Part shown: positions 12,236 to 24,572 of the stretch, piece by piece
Position numbering within the stretch: the stretch's first letter is position 1
Layout of the letters: every line of letters begins with the position of its first letter
The notes under the pieces: model-generated
Databases searched by the model: none
Seen by the model: the letters and a program-made list of their open reading frames with translations, nothing else
What the model was told of the DNA's origin: nothing
Made by a program: the position numbers and the translations under genes
From: Callorhinchus milii
Lineage: Eukaryota
DNA: 64,000 bases
NCBI RefSeq assembly: GCF_018977255.1
Contig: NW_024704742.1
Location: forward strand, 7,504,001 to 7,568,000
Direction: 5' to 3'

Positions 12236-13249
12236 TGAGACATATGTTTCATTATTCTGTAAATGAATAATCGTGATTCATATATGTTTCAATAACATCT
12301 AAATAGATTTCATTGTTTTATCTGAATTTGAGTATCCTTAACGTAAGCCAACGTAGTTCAGACAACACCACCCAGAAGTGTTAAAAGTATAACCTTCAAT
12401 AAAACAATGGGGGGGGAAAAAAGAAGGTAAAGTCAGATAATCTTTTGAGGATTAAGCAGTAAATCACTGTAGCCAGATGCAGTCATACTGCGTGGAAGGA
12501 GAGTGGAGATAATCTGCAGACAAGCAAAAAGTCACATTCCCTCAGCCCAAAGCACCATTCTGAACTTCCCAAGATGTCCCAATGGAAAAGGAAGCACCTG
12601 AGGGTACAGGAAGATAAACTGGTTTCGAATTAGGTTGCCTTGAATATCACTACAGCTATGTTGGGGGTCGTCCATTCCAGCATCCTAAGAGTACACGTCC
12701 TCATCTGTTTCATTGCCAATCCTTTGAGAAGCCCAACAATATTCCACTGTTAGTTGCAAGGTTACACAGGGGTCAAAATTGCGTACCGTTCCTTAATTAT
12801 CATCGAGGATAATTAAGGAACACTTTATCGACTGCAAGTGTTCCTAATGGCAGGTTTGGGACTAAACACCTCCCTGGCTGCTAACTAGGCCACAGAGAAT
12901 GCAAATTTCACACTCCTTTGCCAGATAGTAGCCTAAAATAAATTTTAAAAATCAAGTTTAGAAACCTGCACCAGTGGTTGGGAATTAGAAATTGCCTCTT
13001 GCTAGAATTGACGAAGAGATGGGGACCAAATTGACAGTGAGAAGCCTGAAGGAGAAACTTTTCTCCCAGAGTAGGAGGTGACAATCTGTTCTAAACTACC
13101 AATTTTACATTTTACTGAGACGTTTTTACCATAGTTTTTGTACCATTCTATTATTATCACAGGTGGTAATTTAGGAATGGACCAATGCGATAGAGATTGT
13201 GCACTACAGGTTTGACCCTGTAAACAATAATAATAAAAATAATAATAAT

Positions 13250-13424
13250 AAATTGGTCACTTCAATCCACGACTGTTTGTGGGACACTGCTGTGCGCAAT
13301 TGGCTGCCACATTTCACCCACAAATATGCAGTCAATTCGCTTTACAGTCTGTTCTGTGAAGAGCTTTGAGACGTCTAGAAGACATGAAAAGCGCTATATC
13401 AAATGCAAGGATTATTATTATTAT
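13250..13424 (+). mobile_element. Young SINE, 3' half
   Basis: Body and tail match the SINE consensus seen in the window. Confidence 0.85.
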
Positions 13425-14736
13425 AAAATACAATAGGTAAAAAACAGAACATAATTCGTTCACGGCTACTATCAATAATATAATGTAATAAATGCACCGA
13501 AACGTCATCTTTGAAATCTTAAAGTGTGTTCAACAACGTAACTAACATACGTTCCTGATGTTCTCCAGGAACTGGTGTTCACTGTTCTTCACAAATACTT
13601 TGACGCAAAAGTCATTAGCTTTGCTTTTGGATTGTAAACTCATTTCCTTATCAAGAGGCTCGAGGGTTGCTCACCACTGTTTAGAACCAAAATCAATTTA
13701 GAAACACAGCAGCTCTGCAGGTAATTCTGCGCTCCTTAAGTAATCTGCACAGAGAAAATTACGAGATTTTATAACTGATGATAAGAGCTAGAAAAATTCA
13801 CAAACACACTTACGTTTGTGGCGAATTGGAATTACACGTTATTTGTGAATTTGTGAAATAAAATCATTTCCCGTTGCCGAAGGAGGTAACCCTTTACTTG
13901 TCCAGGTGCTTTACTGGCTTTACTCGTCCAGGTGGACTATCTGTGTTTAGGCCACCGATATGGATGTTTAATACATGATTGGGATCACAATAATAATAAT
14001 ACTAATATAATAATAATAATTATGGTATTATGGTTTTAAACTGGATTTAAATATTTTCAGGTTTGGAGCTTGATTTCATATCGCCAGCCTGAAAGCTGAG
14101 AGCCAGGAGAAAGGAGTTCCAATTTATCGAGTTCATCCTTATAACTGCGACTCCTCAGCCATGGTGTGTTAGCCCGGCTCAGTTAACAGCACTCTCACCA
14201 TTGGATCAGAAGGTTGTGGGATCAAGCTGCACTTTACGATTTTGCGTTCACAATTTAAGCTGACACTGCAATGCAGGCTGAGTGCTGCATCATCAAAGGA
14301 ATAGGAGTAGGCACTTAAGTCTTTCTTGGGTTATGGTTTATCTGTAATTTATTTGCTTGCCTTTTTTTTTAACCACACCCTTCATTAGTCGTGCATTTAT
14401 GTACTTCTCTCTAAAACACTTCCACTGACTCTGCATCAACAGTCCTTTGAGGAAATTAAGTCCACAATTCTACAATCCTCTGAATAAAGAAATCTCTTAT
14501 TATTTCACTACTAACTATGTGTCAGGTAAGATGTTAAATTGAGATCACTGACTCATGGATATTTGGTAGAACATTGCTGTGCACCAATTGGCTGCGGCCT
14601 CTTCCTATAAATAAATACACAGTCACCACATTTTACAGAAAGTTTGTGATCAAATGCCTTAATAATCCTTGCGTTTCATATAGCACCTTATCACCTCTTT
14701 GAGAAGTCTCAAAGCGCTTCACAACAAACAACAACA

Positions 14737-14953
14737 ATAATAATAATAATAATAATAATCCTTGCATTTGATATAGCGCTTTTCACGTCGGGAGGACGTC
14801 CCAAAGCGCTTCACAGAATATACTGTAAAGTGAATTGACTGTATATTTGTGGGCGAACGCGGCAGCTAATTGCGCACAGCAATGTCCCACAAACAGTCGT
14901 GGATTGAAAATGACCAATTTAATTATTGTTTTTGGTTTTGGAGGGATTATTAT
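14737..14953 (-). mobile_element. Young SINE, short subfamily, 3' part, in a nest of SINE/L2 tails
   Basis: Matches 28152-28360; an extra tail lies at 14659-14721 and an L2 starts at 14954. Confidence 0.88.
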
Positions 14954-15555
14954 AAACAACAACTTTACATTTGTATAGCATCTTTCACGTTGGGAGGACG
15001 TCCCAAGGTACTAGACAGACAAAGTTTTGGACCCGAGCTGAGGGTTGGGGTGGGGTAGGGCAGGGAGATTGAAAGCACGGTTGAAGAGGAGGGTCTTGAG
15101 GTCGGTCTTGAAGGTGGCGAGGGAGGGGATGAGATGGAGGGATTGTGGAATGGAGTTCCAGAAGGTGGGGGCAGAGTGGAGGAAGGCCCACTCACCGATA
15201 GTGGGGTGAGCGAGGCAGGGGATGTGAAGCAGGCCAGAGCCCGCTGAGCGGAGGAGCGAACAGGGTGGCAGGGTGTTAGGAGGTCGGAGAGGTAGTGGAG
15301 AGCAAAACCGTGGAGGAACTTTGAAGGTGAGTATCAGGATCTTGAACTGTTTCCTCTGTGTGATGGGAAGCCAGTGGAGTCGGGCGAGAATGGGGGTGAT
15401 AGGGTCCCGGAGCCTGGTGCGGGAGAGGACACGGGTTGCAGAGTTCTGGATGATCTGCAGCCTATGGAGGGAGCAATTGGGGAGGTCGACAAGCAGCGAG
15501 TTTGCATAGTCGAGCCTCAATGTAATGAAGCCGTGCATGAGGATTTTGGCAGCCT
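14954..15555 (-). mobile_element. L2 LINE 3' ~600 bp
   Basis: ORF 15011-15538: FITLRLDYANSLL...LQIIQNSATRVL...LHWLP...FWNSIP...FKTDLKTLLF. Confidence 0.93.
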
Positions 15556-16437
15556 GCAGTTAGACCACAGTCGGAATACACCACCTTGCACAAATTTAAC
15601 ATAATTTCCTTGCACGTGATGTTGCGACAGAACCTTGCAGGGGAGGAAAATCAACTCTTTTGCGCAACAGATCCTGACAAAGAGTCCAGGGGCCAAAAAT
15701 GCATATATTCAGTCTCCTCACCAATAGCAGTAACCAGGGAAACACACTTTGATACGAAAGACTGAGCAGTACCTGTGGTGGTTACAGCAGGGGTTTGGAA
15801 ACTGCTGCCAACATAAAAGGTATGTGTTGCTGTCTCTAGAACATAAGAACATAAGAAATGCTGGACCAAAAAAGACCAAGGTCCATCTAATTTGCCTTCC
15901 TCCTTTCTGGTAGTCGGAAGCACATATTGTTCCAAACTACCTATGTACTATATGTAGGTAGTCTCTACCAGCAATTTTATCAAAATATTCTTATAATAAA
16001 ACCTTCCCATGCTCACAGTTCACGAATGACCTTAAACGTGGTACAGTTTGATTGGTATCGCATTTATATTTAAGGGCTTCAATTATGGAGTGAAATTTTG
16101 CAGCATCTTATAATGCGTTTGATGCGCATGTTATCCCAAGCAACGCTTCAGTTTGGAACCATTTTGTAATGTATCGTAATGGACTAAACATGGCCCACCC
16201 ACTACTTCCTACTGACTTCACAATGTTGAATTGTTCCTTTTGAAGCTGTTCTTTAAAATGTATTGTTGGCGTGTTGGATTCCGCTGTATGATTTGAGATC
16301 GCGTAGGCAGTATGTGAGCAGTGCTTCACAGGAAACTAAAGTCGGTATTCTGTTTTGGCTGCACTCAAATGCTGATTGCATAGAATTACACAGAATGGAA
16401 ACAGGCCGTGTAATCTGACTAGTCCGTGTGGTGTTTA

Positions 16438-16851
16438 ATAATAAATAATAGTAATAATCCTTGCATTTGATATAGCGCTTTTCACGTCTTCTCGACGTCT
16501 CAAAGCGCTTCACAGAATAATAATAATAATAATAATAATAATCCTTGCATTTGATATAGCGCTTTTCACGTCGGGAGGACGTCCCAAAGCGCTTCACAGA
16601 ACACACCGTAAAGTGAGTCGACTGTATATTTGTGGGCGATCGCGGCAGCCAATTGCGCACAGCAGTGTCCCACAAACAGTCGTGGATCGAAAATGACCAA
16701 TTTATTATTGTTTTGTTTTTTGGAGGGATTATTATTATCAGGTGTGTGGAGTAAGGAAACTTGCCCAAGGTTTCGCCCTCTGCCTGGAATTGAACCCCGG
16801 TGTCTCGCTTGCGAGGCGAGTGCTCTAACCACTGAGCTACAGGACTTCACA
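16438..16851 (-). mobile_element. Young SINE with two tandem tails, inserted in a CR1 3' end
   Basis: Full short-subfamily copy plus a second tail at 16438-16517; TGTTTA at 16432-16437 and 16852-16857 (putative TSD). Confidence 0.9.
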
Positions 16852-18109
16852 TGTTTATACTCCACATGCACTCCCATCCTCTCCTGTATCCTTGATCCCT
16901 TTCTCCCTCATGTAAGCATCAAGTTTCCTCTTAAATACATTTCCACATCCTCGCCACCCTCTACATGAAGAGGTTCCTCCTCAGCTCGCTTTTAGACCCG
17001 CTAAAGGCTCTTAGAGTGAGGCCCCTCAAAATTGGAACCTCAACCAAGTGCAAACCTTATTGAATCGGGCACAGAGACCTCCTCAGACACCACTATTGTG
17101 TTGAGGTCTTGGAGTCTTTGGTGCAATGGATGTTCGTGTCAAAGAGTGTGCAGGAAGACCGCAGTGATACATGGAAACACTGATTGTTAGTTACTGTGGA
17201 ATTCTGCTATCTATGATGAATCTTGAGAGTTATGTTGACTTTTATTTTGGCAAAGACATGGGTTGTTTGGACAGTCTCTTCTAGCTTCAGCTTGTGAGGC
17301 TGAAGACACCTCTATATCTTCAGTTTTGTCTTGAATTTACTGTCGATCCGTTAATCAGGTGCATCTCCTCAGAGTTAGTTCAACTCATTTCAGAAGGAAA
17401 CTATAAAGTTGCCATTTTCCAATACGCAGCAATGACGACAAATTGCATATATATAGCGTCAAGAGGACATCCCAAGGTGCGGGAAATACCAAATAAGCAT
17501 CGAATGAGGAATTTTTAAGCCAAAGTAACACAATTGAAGTGGCATCATGCATTTGATACCCAGGAGGGAAGGAAATTCTATGATTGTAATAAATTAAATG
17601 GATCTCAATTATAGACACCTAAAATTAAAGTTCACAAATATTACGCTTCTAGGTGCTAATGTAATCTCTTTTTGCTTTGGCCTGTTTTCAAAAATCTAAT
17701 ACTCAAATTGATTTTATTCGAATTCTCATTTGTCCTAAAGGAATGGCAGTAAATTGAAGCTGCTTTCACACATTTTCCTACAAGATAGCACAGGCTTGAC
17801 GTCTTATATCCCAACACTGTAGCTCGTGTAAATAACATGTGGGTACTGCTTCCAACTCTAAATCTTTCCAAGGAATGCCAGAAATGCTGACATAGAATCA
17901 TAGAATATTACAGCACAGAAGGAAGCCATTCAGCCCATCGTGCCTGTGCCAGCTCTTTGATAGACTAACCCAATTAGTTCCACTGCCCCACTCTTACCCC
18001 ATAGCCTCAGTTTCTCCAGTCCTTGCTCACAGGGCAAACCGTTCATCCCTGATATCTCCCTAGTAAATCTCATTTGCATTTGCTGTAACCCCTTGAAATC
18101 TTTCCTAAA

Positions 18110-18491
18110 TCTTTCCATCCATGACCTTGCTCCCTCCTACCTTTCTGACCTGTTGACCTGCCCGCTCCCTCCATTCAGCAGGCTCCAGCCTGGTCCATTT
18201 CTCCCGCCCGACCCACCCTACCATCGGTGGCCGGGCTTTCAGCCTCTCTGCCCCCGCGCTCTGGAACTCCATCCCACGGTCCCTTCGCCTCGCTTCCTCC
18301 CTCGCCTCCTTCAAGGAAGGTCTCAAGACCCTTCTCTTTGATTGTGCCTTTGGTCGCCCTCCCACCTCTCTGCCTTCCCTCGCCCCTACTCCACCCTTCC
18401 CCCATGCTCAGGTCCCGACACCTGACTGTTCAGCACTTTGGGATGTTTTCCCCACGTGAAAGGCGCTCTATAAATGTAATTTTGTTGTTGT
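18110..18491 (+). mobile_element. L2 LINE 3' end
   Basis: 'accatcggtggccgggctttcagcctctctgccc..ctctggaactccatccc', stem-loop, (TTG)n. Confidence 0.88.
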
Positions 18492-18494
18492 AAA

Positions 18495-19935
18495 GTGGAG
18501 TGAGCAATACTGGATACATTATTCTAAAAGATCTAACTAACGATTTATATAAGTTTAGCATTACCTCTTCGCTTTTATGTTCCATACCTCTATTTATAAA
18601 ACCTAGGATTTCATTAGCTTTTTGACAGCTTTGTCCACCTACCTTCCCAGCTTTAAGGATTTATGTACTTTCACCCCCAAGTCCTTTTGCTCTTCCACTC
18701 CTTTTAATATTTTACCACCTAACAGACACTTGTTCTCCTTATTCTTCCTCCCAAAATGTGCAATCTCACATTTGTCTGCATTAAATTTCATTTGCCAGAT
18801 TTCTGCCTAAATCAGCTAATCTATCTATGCCCCCACTGAATTTACTGACAATCTTCATTGCTTTCTACATTATTTTTGTGTCATCTGCATACTTGGAAAT
18901 GATGCCCTTCATACAAGAATCCCCCAAAATGATCTAAATGGAGAACAGTGGTCCTAACATCTCTCCACTGCAAATAACAATCCATTATTCCCACCCTCTG
19001 TTGCCCATCCTTTAACCAGCTTTCTATCCATGCTGCTGCCTTTCCATCAATACCATAAGCCCTCATTTTGTTTCATCAAACCTCATGCATGGATTCCTGT
19101 AGTGTATTGGTTACAGCCTCACAAGCGAGTTAGATTCCCGGGCAGGGCGAAACCTTAGGCAAGTTTCACTACTCCACAAGCCTCTGCTTCCTGAGCAGTA
19201 AGTTAGTAAGGAGGGACTTGGTTGTTAATCGATTGGCAGATTCCTTTCTGAGGGTAATATTGCCTTCAAAAATAAATAAATAATGTGGTCATTTAATCCA
19301 CGACTGTTTGTGGGGCAGTGCTGTGCGCAATTGACTGCTGCATTTCGCCCACAAAATATACAGTCAATTCACTTTACAGAATATTCTGTGAAGCGATTTG
19401 AGACATCTTGATGATGTGATAAAGCGCTATATCAAATGCAAGGATTATTATTATTATTACGTGGCACCTTATCAAAAGCTTGTTGAAGATCCATGTGTGC
19501 CACATCCACAGCATTACCTTCATCTATTTTCTCAGTTAATTTGTCAAAACACTTTATCTGTTTTGTCAAGCAAGACTTGCCTTCATCACATCCACGCTTG
19601 CTGTCTTTAATCAATCCATGTCTTTCCATGTGGTTATTGATATTATAGTTTTTACAAGTTTGCTTCCATGTGAATATTAGACTGACTAGTCTATAATTAC
19701 TCGGTTGGTCCCGTTCCCCCTTCTTAAATGGAGATGTTGCATTAGCTGCCCTCCAGTCTCCTGTTAAAATTTTTGAATCCAAGGATGTTCAAATCTTTGC
19801 AGTCAGACCATCTCCTATTTCCTCCTGACTTCCTGCAACATTCTCAGATGCCACAAGGCCTTTGTGACTCGTCCTCTTTGAGTTCCATCAATTTGTTTAG
19901 CATCACGTCCTTTTCTACAGCTCTTCCTTCCGCTT
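18495..19935 (-). mobile_element. CR1 LINE ORF2 (RT) fragments, split by a SINE
   Basis: W.AANATSPFKKGERDQPSNYRLVSL, GKSCLT, VDVAHMDLQQAFDKVP, AYGIDG...WIESWLKD..QRV. Confidence 0.88.
19090..19459 (+). mobile_element. Young SINE, long subfamily, inserted in CR1
   Basis: Head to (ATT)n tail; CR1 RT sequence continues on both sides. Confidence 0.88.
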
Positions 19936-20306
19936 GCTGTGGGCACTTCTCTTGTACACTTATTGTGTCGCTTCCGACTTGTATTCCGACTTGAAACGTG
20001 AATTTCCTTCTGTTAAATTCTGTAAATTTACACCGTGGGGATTCAGGAATTACAAAAAAAAGGAAACTAATTAGGGTAGTATCATAAAAATAAGACTATC
20101 GTTGCTGATACTTAATAACTGCTGACTAATTCTCCCTTTCTCCCATGGAGCATTTGTATTAATCAATCGCTGCCACTGTCGATGGCTCTACAGGATCCAC
20201 TTTACACAAGCAAAGATGTCTAACCTCCCAGCGCAGGATGATTCCTGATCCATAAATCATGTCCACATAACTCAAGGTGAATGAACAGAAACAGGACTCA
20301 GCATAC

Positions 20307-20471
20307 CTGAACTGTGAGTTACTGGAGTGTGTCCAGGATTGTGAAGTACCAGCATTTTTCAGTGATGCCTGTAAGGACTGACTACAAAAACCATTGGGAA
20401 GCCCATCTGTCTGTGTATAGTTGTCTGTCAGACATAATCTATGACCTGTGTGCACAGAATTCACCAGTGTC
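20307..20471 (-). CDS. Candidate 165-nt coding exon (phase 2-2): TLVNSVHTGHRLCLTDNYTQTDGLPNGFCSQSLQASLKNAGTSQSWTHSSNSQF; protein not recognised
   Basis: ttttctcttctattaatctag|GACACTGGTG...CAGTTCAG|gtatgc; length divisible by 3, stop-free (frame of ORF 20159-20464), in non-repeat DNA. Confidence 0.38.
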
Positions 20472-20579
20472 CTAGATTAATAGAAGAGAAAATCCAGTTT
20501 GCTTCAGACTTCTACATTTTACTTTATTTTTTTTTAAAAAGTGTCCAATTATTTTTTTTAATTTTCTCCCCACGGTTGT

Positions 20580-20956
20580 AATAATAATAGTAATAATAAT
20601 AATCCTTGCATCTGATGTAGCGCCTTATCACATCTTCGTGACGTCTCAAAGTGCTTCACAGAATACACTGAAAAGTGAATTGACTGTATACTTTGTGGGC
20701 GAAACACGGCAGCCAATTGTGCACAGCAGCGTCTCTCGAACATTCGTGGATTGTGTGAGCAATTTTTTTTGTAAGGAATTATTACCCCCAGTAAAGTGAT
20801 CCTCCAATCGACTAACAACCGGGTTCCTACTTACTGCTAGGTAAACAGAGGTGCGTGGAGTAAGGAAACTTGCTCAACGTTTCGCCCTGTTGGGAATCGA
20901 ACCCAGGTCCTCTTGCTTGCGAGGCGAGTGCTCTAACCACTGAGCTACAGGACTCC
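20580..20956 (-). mobile_element. Young SINE, long subfamily, full length
   Basis: Consensus head and tail; its head-side flank is copied at 33411-33498. Confidence 0.92.
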
Positions 20957-21135
20957 ACGCCTGGTGTGCGCCTCTCTGCTCCTGGTCTGGCCTCCTCTTG
21001 GGAGGGTTCAGTTCTAATATTATTACCCCGTCCATGTGACCACTGTGTATGTGTGAGCCTTGCCAATGAGTCGCTCGACTGCAAAGAGCATCACAGCCAA
21101 ATCACTCACCATCCGGGTGCCACACGCGAAGGGTG
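20957..21135 (-). mobile_element. Old SINE-like repeat, family F fragment
   Basis: Minus strand 'ggctgtgatgctc...ggctcacacatacacagtggtcac' aligns with 7466-7516 'gtgtgatgtcccc...gctcacacgtgaagaacggccac'. Confidence 0.5.
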
Positions 21136-21576
21136 TTGTGGTGGAGCAGGAATCCTGGGAATGCTAGGGCCAGTTCAGCATCTCACCGCAGCCCCAGCTA
21201 AAACTAGCAAATCTAGCAATGACCACAATTTGATCCAACGAGCTCCTGATCCGTGACCCGCACCTCAATTTGATACATCATTGGAGCTGTCCCAGAGATT
21301 TCTAAACGAGACGAGTGATCACCACTAACCTTTGAGCCCAATACTTTCCCTGTCAGAGTCCAGAGCTCCCAACTGCATGCATTGTACTCAAAACGCTTAT
21401 TTCCTGAGCATTCCCCAAATAAGCTGCAGGGATAAAACAAAATTGCTGCGTTATGTTTTGAACCTGATTTGAGCAACCACTTGGGGGACTGGATTAAAGT
21501 GGCCTTCGTGAAAGGGTGGCCTCAGTGTAAGGGTTTAAAAACATTTCTGCAGGCCAAAAAAATTCCATTATTAATC

Positions 21577-22015
21577 GTGTCAGCCTGGCTCAGTTTGTAG
21601 CACTTTCATCTCTAAAATACAAGGTTGTGGGTTCAAGCCCCTCTTTGGGATTTAGAACTCATAGAGTCTACGCTGACACTCCCAACATGGTGCTCGCCTT
21701 GGGCTACATTGTTGGAAGTGCCGTCCTTCAGACAAGATGTTAAACTGAGGTCCCGTCTGCTTTTCATTGGGCAGATCCCATGGCACTGCTCAGACACATA
21801 ATGAAATTTCTCCCGGTGTTCCTGGCCAGCAATTCCCCCCCCCCCCCAATAAAACCACTCACTCCATGGGTGTTTATGGAACATTGCCGTGTGCAAGTCA
21901 CCTGCCACTTTCACCCACAAAACACAGTCATTGCACTTAACAGTGAATCCAGTGAAGCACTTTGAGACATCCTCCCAACATGAAAGGCATTATACAAAAT
22001 GTGAAGATTATTATA
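21577..22015 (+). mobile_element. DeuSINE, full length
   Basis: Head 'gtgtcagcctggctcagtttgtagcact...ggttgtgggttcaagcccc', Deu body, L2-type tail. Confidence 0.85.
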
Positions 22016-22170
22016 TTAATATTACTCATAAATCAATCATGGTATATTGGTGGTTTTTGGATTGAACCACAGTCACAGAGTTGAGGGTTGGTGTGGAAGT
22101 TGTCTTTAGTTATCAACTGTTGACCCATTTATCGACTTGGGGTGATAAATGTCTTCTGACATGTGATAAT

Positions 22171-22700
22171 TACCACAATAATTTGCATTCATAAAGCGTC
22201 CTCACGCAGAGAAGCACCCCAGAGCACTTGACAGTGGCGGAGCACGAAGCTGAGCTGCGGGGAGGGGGAGGTAACAGTAGGCACGGTCGAAGAGGAAGGT
22301 CTTCAGGCCCGACCTGAAGATGGAGAAGGAAGGGGCAAGACGGAGGGACAGAGGAAGAATGTTCCAGAGGTTCAGGGCGTAGCGACTGAAAGCATGACCA
22401 CCAATGGTAGAGTAGAGGGCACGAGGGACTTGCAGGAGGCCGAAACCAGTTGAGTGGAGGCAGCAGGTTGTTTAATGGGGGGGATAAGCAGGTCAGAGAG
22501 GTAGGGAAGTTCCAGAGCACGAAGGGATTTGAAAATGAGTGTGAGGATCTTGAAATTGATCTGTTCTGTGACAGGGAGCCAGTGGAGCTTGGCTAGAACT
22601 GGTGTGATGGAGGTACGGAGTTTAGTGTGGGTGAGTATTCAGGTGGCAGCATTTTGGATCAGCTGGATCCTGTGAATGGTGGACCATTTGAGTGCGGCTT
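22171..22700 (-). mobile_element. L2 LINE 3' fragment (older subfamily)
   Basis: Reverse complement carries QLIQNAA..., LHWLP..., 'ctctggaacattcttcc', 'ctgaagaccttcctcttcgac'. Confidence 0.8.
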
Positions 22701-23076
22701 CATGAGGTACTGTCTTAACTCAATCCAATGGCATTAAAATCCTGGTTTCTGCAGCAGCCACCACTGCTTTGGACGCAACCGTTGTCTAAATTGGAATTGG
22801 GGCAGAACCTATGCAAATCCTTGGCAATTGACTGGTTTGACTGTAGTTTGCATCATTAGAATAATTATTCCGCCACACATTACAATTTTCAGCCTAATAT
22901 AACAATCTTGGAATAACTAGGTAAATTTACACTCACCATTATTTAACCCTTGTTGGGCTCGTTGAAGTACACATGTCATTTAGGAACTATAGTATTCTAT
23001 TCCACTGTCTGAGCTAAGTATTCACAGCATTTGCTGGGAACTTATTTTACATATAACCACTATATATGAGAGAAAA

Positions 23077-23440
23077 TATTAATCCTTGCATTTGGTATAG
23101 TATCTTTCACGTTGGGAGGATGTCCCAAAGCGCAGGAAATGGAGTGACTGCGTATTTGTAGGCGAACACAGCAGCCCAATTGTGCACAACAATGTCCCAG
23201 AAACAGCCATAAAAGAAATGACCAATTTTATTTGGAAGATTGTCGTCAAGGGAAACTCCCTTCTCTTTTCGTGTAATGCCATGGGATCTTTAACAGCGAC
23301 ATGACAGACAGACGGGCCTGTTTTAACATCTCATCCAAAGGACAGCTACTCCAACCGCTCCCCAGTGCTGCATTTGAGTGTCAGCTTAGACTATCTGAGT
23401 TCAAGCAAGCGTTAAGCTATCACTGAACCAGGTTGACACA
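23077..23440 (-). mobile_element. DeuSINE with internal deletions
   Basis: Tail at left; 'gccatgggatctttaa', 'aacatctcatcc'; head end 'ccaggttgacac'. Confidence 0.8.
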
Positions 23441-23799
23441 CGAAAGTCATCTGAACACCAATTTCTTTTTGAGGCAAGCTAATTTTATACTTTCGTCATC
23501 TAGTCTGGATTGCCATGTGTCATTAAATTAGTCATCCAGGTTTAAAAATGTGATGGGCTTTGATATAGGTTACTTTCAAAAGTAAAACCAGCTCTCTCTC
23601 TATCTGTGTCACTTTTGCTGATTATAAATGTCATTGCTAGATTTTCCCAAGTTTAACACTTCAGTACAAGTTGAATGATCTGCAAACATTCTGCAGGTGC
23701 TTAGTGTTTCCTTTTTTTGGTCAGCCGGGTGTCTGACACATGCAGAAACCCATTACCGTGCTTAAGAATATCCAAACCAAGATGAGATTTCCATGCAAC

Positions 23800-24035
23800 C
23801 CACCTACACATGGAAATCCCAGAGATGGATTGTTGCAATGGAATGGACACTCTCTCCCTGGTGAGACACATCCTGATTATCTAATTCCAGAAAGCATTAA
23901 GAGCAGGTTGGGAAGAGACAAGGCTTGGGGACCCCATAGTGTGTGTAGGGGTACCTCTGGAGTCTAACCAGCTAAAACCACAAAGTTTGCCATTGATATT
24001 GCTGTTTGACAAGCTTTCCGCTGCTTGTTCACCCT
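23800..24035 (-). mobile_element. Old SINE-like repeat, family E, putative 3' part
   Basis: Aligns with 11990-12235 and 41515-41725. Confidence 0.7.
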
Positions 24036-24171
24036 ACCCAGCCTTTACATTTATGTCACTGTATAAGAGATGGAAGTACTCGGTGCGTAGAATGGTCTGA
24101 GCAAAAACTGTTGCACAAGTTTTGTACTGGTTACATTTTTATGATTGCAAGTGGAATGACAGTGATTTGTC

Positions 24172-24572
24172 TAATAATAATAATAATCCTTGCATTTGAC
24201 ATAGTGTCTTATTACATCTTTGAGACTTCTCAAAGCGCTTCATGGAATATACTGTGAAGTGAAATGACTGTATATTTTGTGGGCGAAATACAGCAGCCAA
24301 TTGTGCACAGCAGTGTCCCACAACCAGTTGTGGATTGATTGACCAATTTATTATTTTTTTTCAAAACATTTGAAGGAATTATTACCCCCGGAAAAGCGAT
24401 CTGGCAATCAACTCACAATAATAATAATAATAATAAGGGTTCCTACTTACTGCTAGGTAAACAAAGGCGTGTGGAGTAAGGAAATTTGTCTAAGGTTTCA
24501 CCCTGCTGGGAATCGAACCCAGTTTCTCTCGCTTAGGAGGCGAGTGCTCTTACCACTGAGCTACAGAATTCC
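24172..24572 (-). mobile_element. Young SINE, long subfamily
   Basis: Consensus head and tail; internal (AAT)n expansion at 24415-24436. Confidence 0.9.
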
